Assembly: GCA_947245315.1 (NCBI GenBank)
Contig: CAMXNV010000001.1
Location: 1-36,559 of the forward strand
Length of the DNA: 36,559 nucleotides
Origin: an uncultured Oscillibacter sp.
GTDB taxonomy: Bacteria; Bacillota; Clostridia; Oscillospirales; Oscillospiraceae
Direction: 5' to 3'
Each line of letters begins with the position of its first letter. Within the stretch, counting starts at the first letter, position 1. Below the pieces are notes generated by a model. The model was not told the DNA's origin, searched no databases, and worked only from the letters and a program-made list of their open reading frames with translations. Positions 33,292 through 36,559 of this stretch are shown here, piece by piece. The position numbers and the translations under genes are program-made.

Positions 33292-35988
33292 TCAGCGCAG
33301 GACGGCGTTCAGCTCGGTTTTCAGCAGCTCCAGGATGCCCTTCACGTCCTCGTCGGCCTCCTGGGCGGTGAGGCTCCGGTCGTCGGAGCGGAGCTCCAGG
33401 TTGAAGGCCACGCTCTTCTTCCCCTGGGGGATGCCCTGCCCGGCGTACACGTCGAAGAGGCTGACGGCCTTCAGCAGACCCTTGGCCCCCCGGCGGATGC
33501 AGTCCTCCAGACGGCCCACGGGGAGATTCTCGTCGCAGACCAGGGCGATGTCCCGGGTGACGGCGGGGAACCGGGGCAGGGGCTGGTAAATGGGCGTCCC
33601 GGCCATGTTCTGGAGCAGGGCGTCGAAGGCCAGCTCGGCGGCGTAGAGCTCACAGTCCACGTCGTAGTTGGCCGCCACGGAGGGGTGAATCTGCCCCAGG
33701 ACGCCCAGGAGGGCGTCGCCGCTGTAGACCCTGGCGCAGCGCCCCGGGTGATAGGAGGGGTTGGCCCCCTCCGCCTCGAAGCGGAGCTTGGGAATCCGCA
33801 GACCCTCCAGCACGGCCTCCACGGCGCCCTTGAGCTGGAAGAAGTCCATGCCGCCGCCGTAGCCGCCCAGGGAGAGGACCTTGGGCTCGTCGGCCATGCC
33901 GGAGCCGTCGTTCTTGGCGAAGTAGGTCCGGCCCAGCTCGTAGAGCCGGACAGCCTTGTTCCGGTAGTGGTTGTTCCGGGAGAGAATCTCCAGCATGGAG
34001 GGCAGGGTGGTGGTGCGCATGATGGAGGTGTCCTCCCCCAGGGGGTTCAGGATTTTCATGGAGTTCCGGAGGGGGGAGTCCGCCGGGAGGTTGATCTTGT
34101 CGTAGTAGGCGGGGGAGATGAAGGAGTAGGTGATGATCTCGCTGTACCCCGCGGAGCGGCAGAGGGCCCCGGCGGCGTTCTCCGCAAGCTGGACGCTGTT
34201 CCAGCCCCGGCGCTCGTTCAGGCCGGAGGAGAGGGTATTGGGGATGTTGTTGTAGCCGTAGAACCGGGCGGTTTCCTCGGCGATGTCGGACCAGTGCTCC
34301 ACGTCGGAGCGCCAGGAGGGCACGGTGATGGTATCGCCCTCCAGGCCGAAGCCCAGGGCGGCCAGGGTTTTGCGCTGGTCCTCCACGGGGATGTCCACCC
34401 CCAGGAAGCGGTTCATCTTCTCGGGCTCAAATTGGACGGTGACCGGGTTGGGGACGTAGTTCAGGATGTCCACGACGCCGTCCACCACCTCGCCGGCCCC
34501 CAGGAGCTCCACCAGCTCACAGGCCCGGTTCACGGCGGGGAGGGTGTTCAGGACGTCCAGGCCCTTCTCGAACTTGGCGCTGGCCTCGGTCCGCTTCCCC
34601 AGGGCCAGGGCGGTCTTGCGGATACAGGCCCCGTCGAAGTTGGCGGACTCGAAGACCACGTCCGTGGTGTCCGCCACGATTTCGCTGTTCAGTCCGCCCA
34701 TGATGCCCGCCAGGCCCACGGCGTGGGTCCTGTCGGCGATGACCAGCATGTCGGGGTCCAGGTCGTAGACGTTGCCGTCCAGGGTGGTGAGCTTTTCGCC
34801 GTCCCGGGCCCGGCGGACCACGATGTTTCCGCCCTTGATGTAGCGGTAGTCAAAGGCGTGCATGGGCTGGCCGTATTCCAGCATGACGTAGTTGGTGATA
34901 TCCACGATATTGCTGATGGGCCGGATGCCGTTGGCCCGGAGGCGCTCCCGCATCCACTTGGGAGAGGGGCCGATCCTCACATTCCGGACCATCCGGGCGG
35001 TGTACCGGGGGCAGAGCTCCGGGTCCGGGGTCTCCACGTCCAGCAGCTCCGGCAGGGCGCCGGGGCCGCCGCCCTTGACCACCGGGTCATGGAGCTGGAG
35101 GGGCTTGCCGAAGGTGACGGCGGCCTCCCGGGCCAGGCCGATGACGCTGAGGCAGTCAGGCCGGTTGGGGGTGATCTCGAACTCCACCACGTGGTCGTCC
35201 GCGCCGATGACGGGGCGGATGTCGTCCCCGGGCTGGATTCCCTCCTCGTGGAGGACGAAGATGCCGTCGGGGATGCAGTGGGGGAACTCCCGCTGCTCGG
35301 CGTGGAGGTCCGCCAGGGTGCAAATTTTCTCCGTTTTCGTGTCCAAGGCCAGGGTGTCGTGCTCGTGGATATTGGCCAGGGATGTGGTGACGGTGTGATA
35401 GGTTCCGCCGCTGTCGCAGCTGACGGTGAACCGTCCGTCGCCCAGGGATTCCACCTTGGTGACGAAGGCGGCCTTGACGGAGCCGTAGATTTTATAGCCG
35501 GGGGTGACGCCCGCCGGGACGGAGGGCTTCTCCGGGTCGATGGGCTTGTAGTCGTTCAGCAGGGCGGCGGCGGTGATGACGGCGTAGGGGAAGTCCCGCT
35601 CGTCCAGGTTCAGCTCCTTAAGGGAACAGAGCATGCCGTCGGAGAGGACGCCCCGGAGCTTGCCCCGGGTGATCTTCTTGCCCCCGGGGAGGGTGGAGTT
35701 GTGGAGGGCCACGGGGACGACGTCGCCCTCATGGATGTTCCAGGCTCCGGTGACGATCTGGACGGGCTCCGCCTGGCCCACATCAAGCTGGCAGACCCAC
35801 ATGTGGTCGCTGTCGGGGTGGCGCTCCATCTTGTCGATGCGGCCCACGACGACGTTGGAGATCTCCGCGCCCAGGTCCTCGGTGACCTCCACCTTGGAGC
35901 CGGAGATGGTCATGGCCTCGGCAAAGTCCCGGTCGTTGACCGGACCGACGTCTACGAATTCTTGTAACCATTTACGGGATAATTTCAT
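33292..35988 (-). CDS. pheT: phenylalanine-tRNA ligase beta subunit with an insert of about 100 aa
   Basis: Motifs ITPNRPDCLS, ISNIVDITNYV, GQPMHAFD, LAGIMGG, PSWRSD, MRTT and RFPAVTRDIA. Confidence 0.98.
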   Translation of the reverse strand: MKLSRKWLQEFVDVGPVNDRDFAEAMTISGSKVEVTEDLGAEISNVVVGRIDKMERHPDSDHMWVCQLDVGQAEPVQIVTGAWNIHEGDVVPVALHNSTLPGGKKITRGKLRGVLSDGMLCSLKELNLDERDFPYAVITAAALLNDYKPIDPEKPSVPAGVTPGYKIYGSVKAAFVTKVESLGDGRFTVSCDSGGTYHTVTTSLANIHEHDTLALDTKTEKICTLADLHAEQREFPHCIPDGIFVLHEEGIQPGDDIRPVIGADDHVVEFEITPNRPDCLSVIGLAREAAVTFGKPLQLHDPVVKGGGPGALPELLDVETPDPELCPRYTARMVRNVRIGPSPKWMRERLRANGIRPISNIVDITNYVMLEYGQPMHAFDYRYIKGGNIVVRRARDGEKLTTLDGNVYDLDPDMLVIADRTHAVGLAGIMGGLNSEIVADTTDVVFESANFDGACIRKTALALGKRTEASAKFEKGLDVLNTLPAVNRACELVELLGAGEVVDGVVDILNYVPNPVTVQFEPEKMNRFLGVDIPVEDQRKTLAALGFGLEGDTITVPSWRSDVEHWSDIAEETARFYGYNNIPNTLSSGLNERRGWNSVQLAENAAGALCRSAGYSEIITYSFISPAYYDKINLPADSPLRNSMKILNPLGEDTSIMRTTTLPSMLEILSRNNHYRNKAVRLYELGRTYFAKNDGSGMADEPKVLSLGGYGGGMDFFQLKGAVEAVLEGLRIPKLRFEAEGANPSYHPGRCARVYSGDALLGVLGQIHPSVAANYDVDCELYAAELAFDALLQNMAGTPIYQPLPRFPAVTRDIALVCDENLPVGRLEDCIRRGAKGLLKAVSLFDVYAGQGIPQGKKSVAFNLELRSDDRSLTAQEADEDVKGILELLKTELNAVLR

Positions 35989-36390
35989 AGTTTATAACTC
36001 CTTAAAGAAGGATTCAGCCATGAAGATGGCTGGTGCATTTGCGCCCCCCATTCTCTCTTTTTCTTCCATGAAGAAAATGAGAGAATGCGCCGCGCCCGGT
36101 GGAAGAGAGAAAAAGAAGTACGGGGGGAACACGGGGCCCCCGCCGCAACCCAGCGAAGCGGTTGCGGTGGGGAGAGGAGGAACAAACGGAACGGAGTGAA
36201 GCCTGCCCGAAGGGCGGGATTCATGTAGTGCAGTTTGTTCCGACGAGGGCGCGCCTGAATGATCGGCGGAGCCGGAATGACTTCCCCGCGCGCAATTGGT
36301 TTGAGCGGGGGTTTGGAGGGCGTCGAATCGAAAAGCTTCTCTTTTCGCTGGCGCTGCCCTGGCGGGGGAATCGGTTGGGCAAAAACCCAA

Positions 36391-36559
36391 GGCTCCCTCT
36401 CTGAGGGAGCTGGCAGCGCCTTCGGCGCTGACTGAGGGAGTTCCCCCGCAGGGAGTTTCCCCGCAGGGAGTTCCCCCGTTTTCCCCGACAAGAGCCAGCC
36501 CCATGCAAACTCCCTCCGTCACGGCTTCGCCGTGCCACCTCCCTCTAAGAGGGAGGCTT
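36391..36559. repeat. palindromic repeat doublet of the same family as the interior of 22007-22188, with a 15-bp unit repeated 3 times
   Basis: GCTCCCTCTCTGAGGGAGCTG...GACTGAGGGAGT and ACTCCCTCCGTCACGGCTTCGCCGTGCCACCTCCCTCTAAGAGGGAGGC. The 15-bp unit AGGGAGTT[CT]CCCCG[CT] occurs three times at 36435-36479. Confidence 0.8.

Overview
High-GC chromosomal segment. Gene content, strong GGAGG ribosome-binding sites, sigma-A/sigma-G-type promoters and dispersed palindromic repeats suggest a spore-forming Clostridia, probably Oscillospiraceae (inference, not a database result). It holds about 37 genes. Housekeeping genes: leuA (5' truncated), rimM-trmD, tmk, mltG, a U32 protein, ireB/reoM and pheT. 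Envelope and regulatory genes: a five-gene envelope locus (MBOAT, AlgX/AlgJ-like protein, SLH-transglutaminase-like protein, Pro/Glu-rich lipoprotein, exported VanX-type peptidase), htrA, an ECF sigma/anti-sigma pair, a membrane-anchored XRE regulator, an NlpC/P60 hydrolase and three Cys-rich small or repeat proteins. I saw no rRNA, tRNA, CRISPR array, transposase or phage genes. Most interesting: (1) a 52-aa ORF missing from the ORF track, divergent from an XRE repressor and resembling that repressor's C-terminal helices, which suggests a SinI/SinR-like antirepressor switch; (2) a secreted protein with six 36-aa Cys5/His3-4 repeats; (3) the envelope locus behind a perfect 11-bp tandem response-regulator box; (4) PheT with a degenerate duplicated tRNA-binding domain; (5) an ECF sigma gene with ACG at the expected start position; (6) a candidate sRNA and several REP/MITE-like elements. 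All family calls are by eye from motifs; no searches were run.
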